From Candidatus Poribacteria bacterium (GTDB lineage Bacteria > Poribacteria > WGA-4E > UBA9662), in assembly GCA_036339735.1 (NCBI GenBank), contig JAYZAL010000050.1, forward strand, positions 1 through 20,201: a stretch of 20,201 nucleotides of DNA, read 5' to 3'. Positions 8,423 to 17,719 of this stretch are shown here, piece after piece. Position 1 is the first letter of the stretch, and every line of letters starts with the position of its first letter. Made by a program: the position numbers and the translations under genes. Below the pieces are notes generated by a model. That model was not told the origin of the DNA, made no database searches, and saw nothing but the letters and a program-made list of their open reading frames with translations.

Positions 8423-11400
8423 ATGCTACCACGCTCAATCACTTTACTTCTAACTATGTTATCGAAGCGGATTCCCTATATCTGGTTTTCGTTTTGGAGC
8501 TTGGGTCTCTTTTGTATCGGCACTTTACCATTAATTTCGCAAAGTACTCCGTTCTTTGCCGTTACCGGTGTTGTCAAGCAACCTGATGGCAGTATGGCCG
8601 CCACAGGCCTGAAGGTTGTTGTACGTAACACATCCCGCCAGCTGGAATTACAGACCAAGCTTGGGTCAATAACTCCTGGTGAGTACAAAGTTCTATTTTT
8701 TAACAATGGTAAAGTGGTAGCAAATACAGGGGATACTTTCAAAGTTACTATTATCGACGGTGAAGGTAATACTGTAGTAAGTACAAGACAAACCGTATCT
8801 GCTACCGAGATTACGGCTGGCCGAGCAAGTATCAATTTGCAAATCGTTTTGGTTTCTGCCCAACTTTCACCTACTAAATCTATTCTTACTCCCCCCTCAC
8901 AGCCAGCAGTTGCCGATGGAAAAGATACCGCTATCATCCGGGTTGAACTACGAGATACTCAAAATAAGCCAATTGTGGGACAGAAATTTTTGGTAACAGC
9001 CGATGGTACTGATACCAATATTTATCCCATTGTCCCAACCAATGTTAGTGGTAAAGCAATTATTCAAATTGGCACGACTACCGCAGAAGAAAAAAGTATA
9101 ACTGTTAAGCTTGGTGAAACCACATTAAATCCAGTTGTTGTTAGTTTTGTAGCAGGGCCTCCAGACCCAGATCTATCTATCGTCCAAGCCACTAAGAATG
9201 CTATAGTTGCTGATGGTAACGACAAAGCTGAGATTTCAGCCCGATTGATTGATTCCTACAATAATCCAGTGGTTGGCAAAAAGATTGGTATCTTGATCAA
9301 CGAAAATATCTTGAGGAATGAAAATATCGATCAATTGGCAGTTCCTGCTCCTAGTGACATTGAGGGGCGTGTTACCGCTTTTTTAAGTAGTAAAAAAGCT
9401 GAAATCAAAACCTTAACAATTGTAGAGCCTAGCAGCAGTGTCGAACTCAAGAGTCGACCAGTCCTAACGTTCGTGCATGGGCCAGCCCACCAAACTCGTT
9501 CTTCTATTGCAGCAGAAACACCCATCTTAGCTGATGGGAAATCCAAAAGTTCGGTCACCATAACCATTTTGGATCAGTACGGGAATCCAGTTCAGGGCGC
9601 GACCGTGGCTGTAACTGCTAGTGGGTCTGAAAATCAGGTTGAACAGTCTCTCACCTCAACTGATGTGAAAGGAAAAGCAATCGCATTTGTATCTTCTACT
9701 AAAGCTGAACGCAAAATTCTGACAGCCAAGGCAGATGGAATGCCGATAGTAGCGACCACCGAGATAGATTTTGTCGCTACTTTTCTGGCTAAGACAGTTG
9801 TCGAAATTACTCCCAAGGTACTACCCGCCGATGGCCACTCTACGGCTAGTGTTACAGTGACAACTGTTGACCCTAACGGTAACCGGATCACCGATCGACC
9901 ACCGATTTTGAAAGTGACAGGAGGAGGTAAATTATCTTCTGCCGTGTTAGACGCTAAAAATCAGGTTTGGATGACAACTTACACAGTTGATCAAAAACCA
10001 GGGGATGTTGTCATTAGCGTATTGATCGATGGTGCAGTTCAGGCCAGCAACACCCTAACGTTAAACCTGCCTGATGCTAACAGTATGCTGATCCATTCAG
10101 TAGCCGTTTCACCCAAAGCGGTAATGACAGGCGAAAAGCTAATTTTCCAGTTAGTTGGAACCCCCGAAGGCCAAGCTAGGGTTTCGGTAAATGGATTGGA
10201 CTCAGTCAACAATCTGCCATTGAGCGAAATGAGCCAAGGCATATACACGGCTGCTTACACCATAAAGCCTACTGACCAAACGGCAGATGCACAGGTTACG
10301 TTTAAGCTAGGCGAATTAGTAAACAAAACGGAACGTGTCTCGGTCAATATCAAGGGCGTACCGACGACCATCTCTTTTTTGGGAGAAACGTCTGTACGTT
10401 TGGGTGGAATGCGCCCTATTAGAGGACAAGTGAGCCCCAGCATTGCCAATTTACCAATCGAGCTGCAGTTGACCCCGCCGGATGGTTCAGTTCAACAAAG
10501 TAATACGGTACTAACTGACCGAGCGGGAATATTCTCATTTGATTATACCTTTGACCGACCGGGTGGCTGGTTAATAGAGGCCAATTACCTAGGCAGCGAA
10601 GCTTATCTCAGTTCTAGCCAGTCGACCATATTCATCACTACTTTAGATCGAGGCAAGGCCATTTTAGTGCTAGGTGGCAACGGGTCAGGTCCCCAGTTCC
10701 TGGAAAAAATAACGAAATCAGTTCTTGAGACCTTAGCCAAACGTCGTCTAGATCCAGATAACGATATTCGATTATTAACTCCCACTTCGACTGATCATCC
10801 TGCGACAATCGACTACTTAAAGCAATCGATTGTAGAGTGGGCCGCACCTAAAGTTGGGGAACAGTCCCCTCTTCTCATTTATCTTATATCACCAAATTTG
10901 GACCCAACGTTTTTACTTTCTGACCAAACGGAAGTCACGCCTGATAAATTAGCTGAGCTATTATCGGTTGTCCCAGAAGAAACAAAGACGTTAGTTTTTG
11001 TCGAGGGAAGCTATAGTGGCAATTTTATCACACAACGGACCAATGGAAAGCCAGCTTTATCAGCCCTCAATCGAGTAATAGTGACTAGCACACATCCAGA
11101 CCGGCAAAATCGAATTCAGCCGAATGGTGCTTCCTTTTCGACTGTTTTTTTCGACCAAATACTGAGAAATCACTCTGTAGGAAAGGCTTTTATTGAAGCC
11201 GAACGCTTTCTTCGGAATAGCCAGATCCATCGACACCAACTTCCACAAATTGATGCTAATGGAAATGGAATTCCCAACCAAGCTAAAGATTTGGAACAAG
11301 CTGGTCAGATTTTAGTACCAACTGATACCGAACTACAATCAATTGCTAACAATCCACTACGTTGGGCTACTGAATCTCAAGTATTAACCGCTGATCAGCA

Positions 11401-12859
11401 ATCGATCCAGATTCGTGTTACAGTAAACAAGCCATTGATTAGCCAACCTGAAATTGCCGAAGTGTGGGCTATTATCGTACCTCCATCATTTGAAATTAAG
11501 CAAGATTTGGACAACTGGGAACAGCTAAAATTTGAGTCCGTAGAATTAATCCCTAATCAATCTGAACAGGCTTACTCTAAGCTGCACGCTCAATTCCGAG
11601 AATCTGGTCGATATCTTATTTTCGCTTATGCTGTTGATCAACTTGGTCAAAGCTATACCGATTTACCTCCGATTGAAATCCATCGTCGTTTGCGAGTGTC
11701 CCCTGACAAACCAACAGTTTTACTGAATTTATGTGCGGAGATTGATTGTGAAGCCAAAATCGAGCAAGGTAGTGTTTTCGATTTGCTGGTGCAAGTACAA
11801 AACGTCGCAGGGTTGCTAGGATTTGAGGCCACCTTGACATATGACCCTGAAGTATTAGAAGTATTAAGTGTTTCAGAAGGAGAATTTCTTAAACGTCTTA
11901 ATGCCGATACTTTTGTTCCGACTAAGTCTCCAGAGGCAGTAGACACCGGTGACAAAATCGGCCGCGTCTCTATAGCAGTCAGCAGGCTAGGTACCAACGG
12001 TATGAGTGGGGCCGGCACGTTGGCTAAAGTTCAGTTTCGGTCTAAGCGGAGTGGTAAAACTGCTGTAACCTTTCAAGATACTATTTTCTCGGATGCACAA
12101 GCTCAATCTATTGATGTTAACTTAGTGGATGCAAATATCCATATTGGTTTTACTCTTCCAGATTGGGACGTCAATAAGGATGGGCAAGTCAATATTTTTG
12201 ATTTAGTGATTGCCGCTAATCAATTTAGTTTAACAGGCTCTAATCTTTTGGGTGATGTCAATGGCGACCAAACAGTTAATATTTTCGATATTGTTTTGAT
12301 TGGGTCTCATTTTGGTCAAGAATTTGGTGGGACTTCAACTGCTCCCAGCTACTTAACATTTGGGCAGCAGATTTCGATCCTGATGAAGAGTGAATCCCGA
12401 AATAGCTTTTTGAAGGAATCTACCCTAATGCAACTAGTAGCTATCAATAACCAGCTCACTACACTATCTGTTGCAGGATCAGAATCAACGCGATCTATTG
12501 TAAATCAACTAATTAATCAATTAACTGCTAAGTTGAAACAACAAACACAACTTTTTCAAAATTACCCCAACCCTTTCAACCCTGAAACTTGGATACCTTT
12601 TCAACTTACAAATGCTCAATCGGTTCAGGTTGCAATTTACAATTCGAACGGTGATCTTATTCGTTTGTTGAAATTGGGTGAGTTACCTCCGGGTTCTTAT
12701 TTGAGTACGGACCGCGCTTCATACTGGGATGGCCGGGATCAGAAAGGTTACCCTGTTGCTAGTGGTGTGTACTTTTATCAGCTACAGTCAATTGGTAATT
12801 CGAGGGATCCATCATTTCACGCAATTACTGCTCCCCGTAAGATGATGATCATCAAGTAG
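8423..12859 (+). CDS. Large multidomain secreted/surface protein: Big_1/invasin-like Ig repeats, C13/caspase-like domain, cohesin, dockerin, FlgD-Ig/T9SS-like C-terminal domain
   Basis: Hydrophobic N-terminus. Four ~100-aa repeats with the xADG motif (near 8909, 9206, 9527, 9824). GKAILVLGG...VEGSYSGNF...PQIDANGNG region (~10650-11330). Cohesin-like LGFEATLTYDPEVLEVLSVSEGEFL. Paired DVNxDGxVNIFD dockerin loops. C-terminal QNYPNPFNPETWIPFQL...YWDGRD...VASGVYFYQL...RKM. GGAG RBS at 8413-8416. Confidence 0.9.
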   Translation: MLPRSITLLLTMLSKRIPYIWFSFWSLGLFCIGTLPLISQSTPFFAVTGVVKQPDGSMAATGLKVVVRNTSRQLELQTKLGSITPGEYKVLFFNNGKVVANTGDTFKVTIIDGEGNTVVSTRQTVSATEITAGRASINLQIVLVSAQLSPTKSILTPPSQPAVADGKDTAIIRVELRDTQNKPIVGQKFLVTADGTDTNIYPIVPTNVSGKAIIQIGTTTAEEKSITVKLGETTLNPVVVSFVAGPPDPDLSIVQATKNAIVADGNDKAEISARLIDSYNNPVVGKKIGILINENILRNENIDQLAVPAPSDIEGRVTAFLSSKKAEIKTLTIVEPSSSVELKSRPVLTFVHGPAHQTRSSIAAETPILADGKSKSSVTITILDQYGNPVQGATVAVTASGSENQVEQSLTSTDVKGKAIAFVSSTKAERKILTAKADGMPIVATTEIDFVATFLAKTVVEITPKVLPADGHSTASVTVTTVDPNGNRITDRPPILKVTGGGKLSSAVLDAKNQVWMTTYTVDQKPGDVVISVLIDGAVQASNTLTLNLPDANSMLIHSVAVSPKAVMTGEKLIFQLVGTPEGQARVSVNGLDSVNNLPLSEMSQGIYTAAYTIKPTDQTADAQVTFKLGELVNKTERVSVNIKGVPTTISFLGETSVRLGGMRPIRGQVSPSIANLPIELQLTPPDGSVQQSNTVLTDRAGIFSFDYTFDRPGGWLIEANYLGSEAYLSSSQSTIFITTLDRGKAILVLGGNGSGPQFLEKITKSVLETLAKRRLDPDNDIRLLTPTSTDHPATIDYLKQSIVEWAAPKVGEQSPLLIYLISPNLDPTFLLSDQTEVTPDKLAELLSVVPEETKTLVFVEGSYSGNFITQRTNGKPALSALNRVIVTSTHPDRQNRIQPNGASFSTVFFDQILRNHSVGKAFIEAERFLRNSQIHRHQLPQIDANGNGIPNQAKDLEQAGQILVPTDTELQSIANNPLRWATESQVLTADQQSIQIRVTVNKPLISQPEIAEVWAIIVPPSFEIKQDLDNWEQLKFESVELIPNQSEQAYSKLHAQFRESGRYLIFAYAVDQLGQSYTDLPPIEIHRRLRVSPDKPTVLLNLCAEIDCEAKIEQGSVFDLLVQVQNVAGLLGFEATLTYDPEVLEVLSVSEGEFLKRLNADTFVPTKSPEAVDTGDKIGRVSIAVSRLGTNGMSGAGTLAKVQFRSKRSGKTAVTFQDTIFSDAQAQSIDVNLVDANIHIGFTLPDWDVNKDGQVNIFDLVIAANQFSLTGSNLLGDVNGDQTVNIFDIVLIGSHFGQEFGGTSTAPSYLTFGQQISILMKSESRNSFLKESTLMQLVAINNQLTTLSVAGSESTRSIVNQLINQLTAKLKQQTQLFQNYPNPFNPETWIPFQLTNAQSVQVAIYNSNGDLIRLLKLGELPPGSYLSTDRASYWDGRDQKGYPVASGVYFYQLQSIGNSRDPSFHAITAPRKMMIIK

Positions 12860-12966
12860 CGATTGGTGAAGTAACTCGCTACCCTGCAAATTCTTATTTA
12901 AATTCTGCTAACTACAATTCGCAGACAATCGTACTGCCCACATTGTTGGGCCAGGAACTTTGTATA

Positions 12967-13319
12967 GAGTCTAGTCTCATGATAATCTGAACCACACAAT
13001 TGTTTCACAACTGATTGGTCTGGTAATTTGCACTTTTATCAAAAGCAAAAATAAACGTATGGTTTGTAAGAACATTATGGGAAACGGGAAATGTCGGTTT
13101 ATGTTAATTTTTAATTGTCTCATTCTTACAAACCATCCTATAAACATCGCACTGGAAAGAAGGTTATTTCCCATTTGATCTATCGTTTTCCTTGCTGGGG
13201 AGAAAAACTACTTGTCTCGTCAATGTTCTACCTAAAACCCCGGAGTTCTTTTTCTACCAGCGAATGTGTATCCATAATTAGTATTGAATCAGACTGAGAT
13301 TAGACTCATCTAATCAGTC
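12967..13319 (+). ncRNA. Candidate structured non-coding element of ~350 nt, family not recognised
   Basis: 13-bp terminal pairing 12967-12979/13295-13307 encloses a perfect 14-bp inverted repeat (13059-13072/13123-13136) and several smaller hairpins. Non-Watson-Crick positions are G-U on the plus strand. Confidence 0.35.
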
Positions 13320-13385
13320 AAACTGAAGTCTTTGGTAAAAATCAGAGCGCAAATTACTATTTGTTAAAAGTAAAAAAGGATTTGA

Positions 13386-13414
13386 TTGACCGAACCGTCC
13401 AGCTGTTTTACAAT
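13386..13414 (+). promoter_or_regulatory. Sigma70-type promoter for the Gfo/PSD1/PfkB operon
   Basis: TTGACC (13386-13391), 17 nt, TACAAT (13409-13414). Confidence 0.65.
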
Positions 13415-13546
13415 CTAGTTTGTTGTCAGATACATTGACTTGGTTGAGTCTGCTTGACTTATTAGGCGCTATTGATCAGGTCCTGACAGGATATTTGTAG
13501 TTATAAAAACATAAGAAAACACAAGAAAAAAGAAGAGGAAAATGTT

Positions 13547-14590
13547 ATGTCGAAAAATTGCGTTAATGTAGCCGTCGTCGGGATGGGAATTGGTCGCCCT
13601 AACGGCGTCGCTTTGGCTAATAACGAACGCGGGAAAGTCGTAGCTCTCTGCGACCTTGATCAGTCTAGAATGGAAGATTTTGCCAAAGATCTTCCGGATT
13701 CGGTCAAGTACTACACTGATTACAAAGAAATGTGTCAGGACCCAGATATTGATGCTGTCTTTGTGGGTACACCTAACCAGTGGCACGTACCAATCGGATT
13801 AGAAGTGGTTAAAAACGGTAAGCATGTAATGATTACTAAGCCATTGGCAGATTCGGAATCAGCAGCTGAGGAAATGGTGGCTGCCGCTGACGAAGCTGGA
13901 GTAGTTAACATGATGTCTTTATCGACTCGATTTGATGACGGTTGTCGCCACTTAGGCCATCTAGCCAGAGATGGTTATTTTGGTGAGCTCTACTACGCTC
14001 GTTCTCGTAGTGTTCGTCGTAATGGTATTCCTGCCTGGAATTTGGGATTCATTAAAAGAGGAGGCGGTGCTTTTCGGGATATGGGTGTTCATGCATTGGA
14101 TGCAGTTTGGTGGGTTTTAGGAACACCTAAGCCTGTACATGTTATCGGTACCGCTGGTGCAAAGTTTGGCCCTTATGGTCGTGGTTATGGTTTCGGAAGA
14201 GAATATACCGAAGATATTTTTCAGCAGTTTGAAGCGGATGATTATGCAGGTGGATTTATTACGTTTGAGAATGGTATCGGTCTACAAATCGAAAGTTTCT
14301 GGGCTTCACACCAACCGGGCGAGTTTCAAATGGAACTGTTTGGTACGGAAGCAGGTGCTAAATTACATCCTCTGATGGCATACCGTTGTGATGATAATCA
14401 AGAAGAAGATATACAGCTGCAACCAACTGAACGAATGGGTTCTTGGGATCGAATTGCTGATCATTTCATTAATTGTATTTTGGATGGTGTAGCCTGTGAG
14501 GCACCTTTACAACATGGTCTGGTTGTGCAGAAAATGATGGAAGGTCTGTTACATAGTGCAGAAATTGGAAAACCGATTTCTTTTGAGTAA
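13547..14590 (+). CDS. Gfo/Idh/MocA family NAD(P)-dependent oxidoreductase
   Basis: Rossmann motif VAVVGMGIG, DAVFVGTPNQWH, GKHVMITKP (EKP variant), GGGAFRDMGVHALD and ELFGTEAGA. GAGGA RBS at 13535-13539. Confidence 0.92.
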   Translation: MSKNCVNVAVVGMGIGRPNGVALANNERGKVVALCDLDQSRMEDFAKDLPDSVKYYTDYKEMCQDPDIDAVFVGTPNQWHVPIGLEVVKNGKHVMITKPLADSESAAEEMVAAADEAGVVNMMSLSTRFDDGCRHLGHLARDGYFGELYYARSRSVRRNGIPAWNLGFIKRGGGAFRDMGVHALDAVWWVLGTPKPVHVIGTAGAKFGPYGRGYGFGREYTEDIFQQFEADDYAGGFITFENGIGLQIESFWASHQPGEFQMELFGTEAGAKLHPLMAYRCDDNQEEDIQLQPTERMGSWDRIADHFINCILDGVACEAPLQHGLVVQKMMEGLLHSAEIGKPISFE

Positions 14591-17500
14591 ATGAAACACC
14601 AAGGTTTGATTATGAGTGGGAATTGGCGGTTGTTCAGCTTGCTTGGCTTGTACTGTTTATTATTGACTCGAGCATTTTCTGCTCAGACTACAAAAATTGA
14701 TTTTGATCGTCAAATTCGCCCTCTTTTATCTGACCGTTGTTTTTCCTGCCATGGACCCGACGCTCAATCTCGCCAAGCTAATCTTCGTCTTGACACAGCT
14801 GATGGTTTGGCGACCGTCACTATTCCTCATCAATCTATCGATAGTGAACTTTACCGTCGCATTATCTCAGACGATCCCCAATTGATAATGCCTCATCCAT
14901 CATCCAAATTAGAACTGTCAGATGGCGAGATCGATGTTATTCGACAGTGGATCGATGAGGGCGCTGATTACAAAAAACACTGGTCCTTTACTCCACTTGA
15001 GCCTGTTCAAATCCCACCCATAGGGGATGACAGCTGGTGCACGAACCCAATTGACCATTTTGTACTAAACCAGTTGAAAGAAAATGGAATTGCTCCTAAT
15101 CCGTCGGCGAGTAAAGAACGTATAATTCGTCGACTCAGCTTTGACTTAACCGGGTTACCACCGACTGTACCGGAAATTGACCAATTTTTGGCCGATGACA
15201 GCCCAAACGATTACGAAAGTCTAGTTGATCGCTTGCTTGCTTCACCGAGGTTCGGGGAACGAATGGCGTCAAAGTGGTTAGATTTGGCAAGATATGCTGA
15301 CACTTATGGCTACCAAAGCGATGTTTACCGATCCATGTGGCCATGGAGGGATTGGGTGATTCAAGCTTACAATGAAAACCTGCCATATGATCAGTTTCTA
15401 ACTTGGCAATTAGCTGGTGATTTATTGCCTAACGCCACAGCAACACAAAAACTAGCTACAGCGTTTAATCGTCACCATCGTCAAACTAACGAAGGTGGTA
15501 GCGTAGAAGAAGAATTTCGTGTTGAGTATGTCGCTGACAGGACTCACACATTGGGCACAACTTTTCTTGGTTTAACAATTGAATGTGCCAGATGCCACGA
15601 CCACAAATATGATCCGATTAGCCAAAAAGACTATTACAGCTTATTTGCCTTCTTTAATAATATTGATGAATCAGGCCTTTATGCTCACTTTACCCAATCT
15701 GTACCGACTCCCACCTTATTGCTAACCGATTCTGAACAAGAAACCCACTTAGCACGACTGAATCAAGCTGTAAAGGAATCGGAAAAACTGATTGATAATA
15801 CTCGGCTATCAGAACGAGATGATTTTGAGGATTGGAAACAAAATTATCAGATACAAAAAGAAATTACGCCTTTGGGTCTGATTGGCCACTATACTTTTGA
15901 CAAAATCACTGATAATCAAGCCAGTAATATTGCCAATATAGAAAAACCAGCCAAGTTGTATGATCAACCGATTTCAGTAGAAGGTAAAATTGGCCTTGGC
16001 CTCAAAATGAGTGGAGAAAATAGCCTAATTTTTGAAGACGTAGGTGATTTTCGAAGATCTGATCCTTTTACTATCTCACTTTGGCTTCAAACCCCGAAAG
16101 TCATGGAGAGAGCCGTGGTTTTTCACCGATCACGTTCTTGGACTGATGCTGGCAGTCGAGGTTACCAATTACTGATAGAAGATGGCAGGTTAAGCGCTTC
16201 TCTAATTCACTTTTGGCCTGGCAATGCAATCCGAATTCGTACTGAAGAAAAAATACCGACCCAAGAATGGCTGCAAGTTGTAGTTAGCTATGATGGCTCA
16301 AGTCGAGCTAATGGTCTGCGAATTCACCTAAATGGTGAATTAGTCAACACAGGTGTAGTCCGAGATAATTTATATAAAAATATCACTGGTGGAGGAGATG
16401 TACACTTAACTATCGGTCAGCGTTTTAGAGATCGTGGCTTCAAAGATGGGTTAGTTGATGAATTTAAGGTCTTTAACCGCGAGTTATCAAAATTGGAAAT
16501 CCAAAACTTATATGGTGTGTGGAGTATTCCAGCTGAGAAGGACTTACTCGAATATTATCTCGTCAGCCATAGCCAGAAATACCAAAAAGTCCTAGCAGGG
16601 CTAAGAGCTAAACGCCGATCTTATAACCAAATGATCGATGGAATCACCGAAATTATGACCATGAGGGAATTAGACGAAAGACGACCAACCTATATTCTCA
16701 AGCGAGGCTTGTATGATGCCCCAACAGAATTGGTTCGTCCAGATACTCCGAAATCTATTCTACCTTTTCCAACTGAACTCCCCCGTAACCGACTCGGTCT
16801 AGCTAAGTGGTTAACCAATCCTCAGAACCCTCTCACTGCCAGAGTTGCTGTCAATCGTTACTGGCAAATACTCTTTGGGCAAGGATTAGTTCAAACGGCT
16901 GAAGATTTTGGAATACAGGGACAAAGACCAGACTTCCCAGGATTATTAGACTGGATGGCCAACGATTTTATTCATAACAATTGGAACCAGAAGGACATGA
17001 TAAAAAAAATAGTCATGTCATCCACTTACCAACAATCTTCAGTGCCTAAAGAATCAGACAGTCTTATAGATCCTGATAATTTCCGGCTGAGCCGTGGCCC
17101 TCGACATCGATTGTCAGCGGAAATGATTCGAGACAGTGCATTATCAATTAGTGGCCTACTGGTTGATAAAATCGGTGGCCCGAGTGTAAAACCTTACCAA
17201 CCTGATGGATTGTGGAAGGAAAAATCCGGTCGCACTTATGAAACGGACAAAGATGATGGATTGTATCGACGGAGTCTATATACTTATTGGAAGCGAACTT
17301 CACCACCTCCTTCAATGATGATTTTTGACGCAGCCAAAAGAGATGTTTGTGTCGCACAACGCCAGTTGACTAACACACCTACCCAAGCATTAGTTTTACT
17401 GAATGATACACAATTTGTTGAAGCTGCACGTTTCTTAGCCCAACGAATGCTTAACTATGGCGCCAAATTGTCGGATCAGTTGAAATTCGGTTTCCGTCTT

Positions 17501-17719
17501 TGCACTGGTCGAATCCCAACAAAAGATGAATTGCAAATTGTCACTAATCTTTACTTCCAACAAAAAGCTATATTTCAAGCTGACAAACAATCAGCGATCG
17601 ACTTGTTATCCGCTGGAAATCAATCCAAAGATCCATCTTTACCACCAGTATCAACGGCAGCAACTTGTGTTGTCGCTAGTATGCTTCTCAACTTCGATGA
17701 AACTATCTCCAAGCGCTAA
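14591..17719 (+). CDS. PSD1/planctomycete cytochrome c protein (PSCyt1 + DUF1549 + LamG + DUF1553)
   Basis: Signal peptide. Haem motifs CFSCH (~14738) and CARCHDHKYDP (~15584). HWSF, NPIDHF, RRLSFDLTGLPPT and WLDLARYADT. LamG-like insert (~15870-16510). NPLTARVAVNRYWQ, RLSAEMIRDSAL, RRSLY and NTPTQALVLLN. Alternative start ATG 14612. Confidence 0.93.
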   Translation: MKHQGLIMSGNWRLFSLLGLYCLLLTRAFSAQTTKIDFDRQIRPLLSDRCFSCHGPDAQSRQANLRLDTADGLATVTIPHQSIDSELYRRIISDDPQLIMPHPSSKLELSDGEIDVIRQWIDEGADYKKHWSFTPLEPVQIPPIGDDSWCTNPIDHFVLNQLKENGIAPNPSASKERIIRRLSFDLTGLPPTVPEIDQFLADDSPNDYESLVDRLLASPRFGERMASKWLDLARYADTYGYQSDVYRSMWPWRDWVIQAYNENLPYDQFLTWQLAGDLLPNATATQKLATAFNRHHRQTNEGGSVEEEFRVEYVADRTHTLGTTFLGLTIECARCHDHKYDPISQKDYYSLFAFFNNIDESGLYAHFTQSVPTPTLLLTDSEQETHLARLNQAVKESEKLIDNTRLSERDDFEDWKQNYQIQKEITPLGLIGHYTFDKITDNQASNIANIEKPAKLYDQPISVEGKIGLGLKMSGENSLIFEDVGDFRRSDPFTISLWLQTPKVMERAVVFHRSRSWTDAGSRGYQLLIEDGRLSASLIHFWPGNAIRIRTEEKIPTQEWLQVVVSYDGSSRANGLRIHLNGELVNTGVVRDNLYKNITGGGDVHLTIGQRFRDRGFKDGLVDEFKVFNRELSKLEIQNLYGVWSIPAEKDLLEYYLVSHSQKYQKVLAGLRAKRRSYNQMIDGITEIMTMRELDERRPTYILKRGLYDAPTELVRPDTPKSILPFPTELPRNRLGLAKWLTNPQNPLTARVAVNRYWQILFGQGLVQTAEDFGIQGQRPDFPGLLDWMANDFIHNNWNQKDMIKKIVMSSTYQQSSVPKESDSLIDPDNFRLSRGPRHRLSAEMIRDSALSISGLLVDKIGGPSVKPYQPDGLWKEKSGRTYETDKDDGLYRRSLYTYWKRTSPPPSMMIFDAAKRDVCVAQRQLTNTPTQALVLLNDTQFVEAARFLAQRMLNYGAKLSDQLKFGFRLCTGRIPTKDELQIVTNLYFQQKAIFQADKQSAIDLLSAGNQSKDPSLPPVSTAATCVVASMLLNFDETISKR

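Noticed and set aside
12856..12882. GTAGCGA/TCGCTAC stem at the stop of the surface protein as a terminator
   Set aside because: 13-nt loop and no U-tract, so it cannot be supported as an intrinsic terminator.
13078..13170. Cobalamin riboswitch-like fragments (CGGGAA..CGGT; CACTGG..GAAGG)
   Set aside because: The CCC/ACTGT elements and the B12 box (AGYCAGRAGACC) are absent, and downstream genes are unrelated to B12.
13292..13350. TPP riboswitch-like CTGAGA
   Set aside because: No ACCC/GAACCTGA/GCGNAGG core, and no thiamine-related gene downstream.
13476..13496. SRP RNA-like TCAGGTCCTGACAGGA
   Set aside because: Lacks the GNRA loop and the following AGCAG of SRP helix 8, and there is no enclosing long hairpin.
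745..17357. Short ORF-track entries nested in or antisense to the main genes (e.g. 8476-8937, 11653-12018, 13469-13786), plus the intergenic 12977-13174 and 13115-13297
   Set aside because: Mostly shadow ORFs of well-supported genes. None shows family motifs or a convincing RBS.
17526..17696. N-terminal extension of the PfkB kinase, or a frameshift fusion with PSD1
   Set aside because: PSD1 ends with its normal LLNxDE-type terminus and kinase homology starts after 17697, so an ordinary short overlap explains the arrangement.
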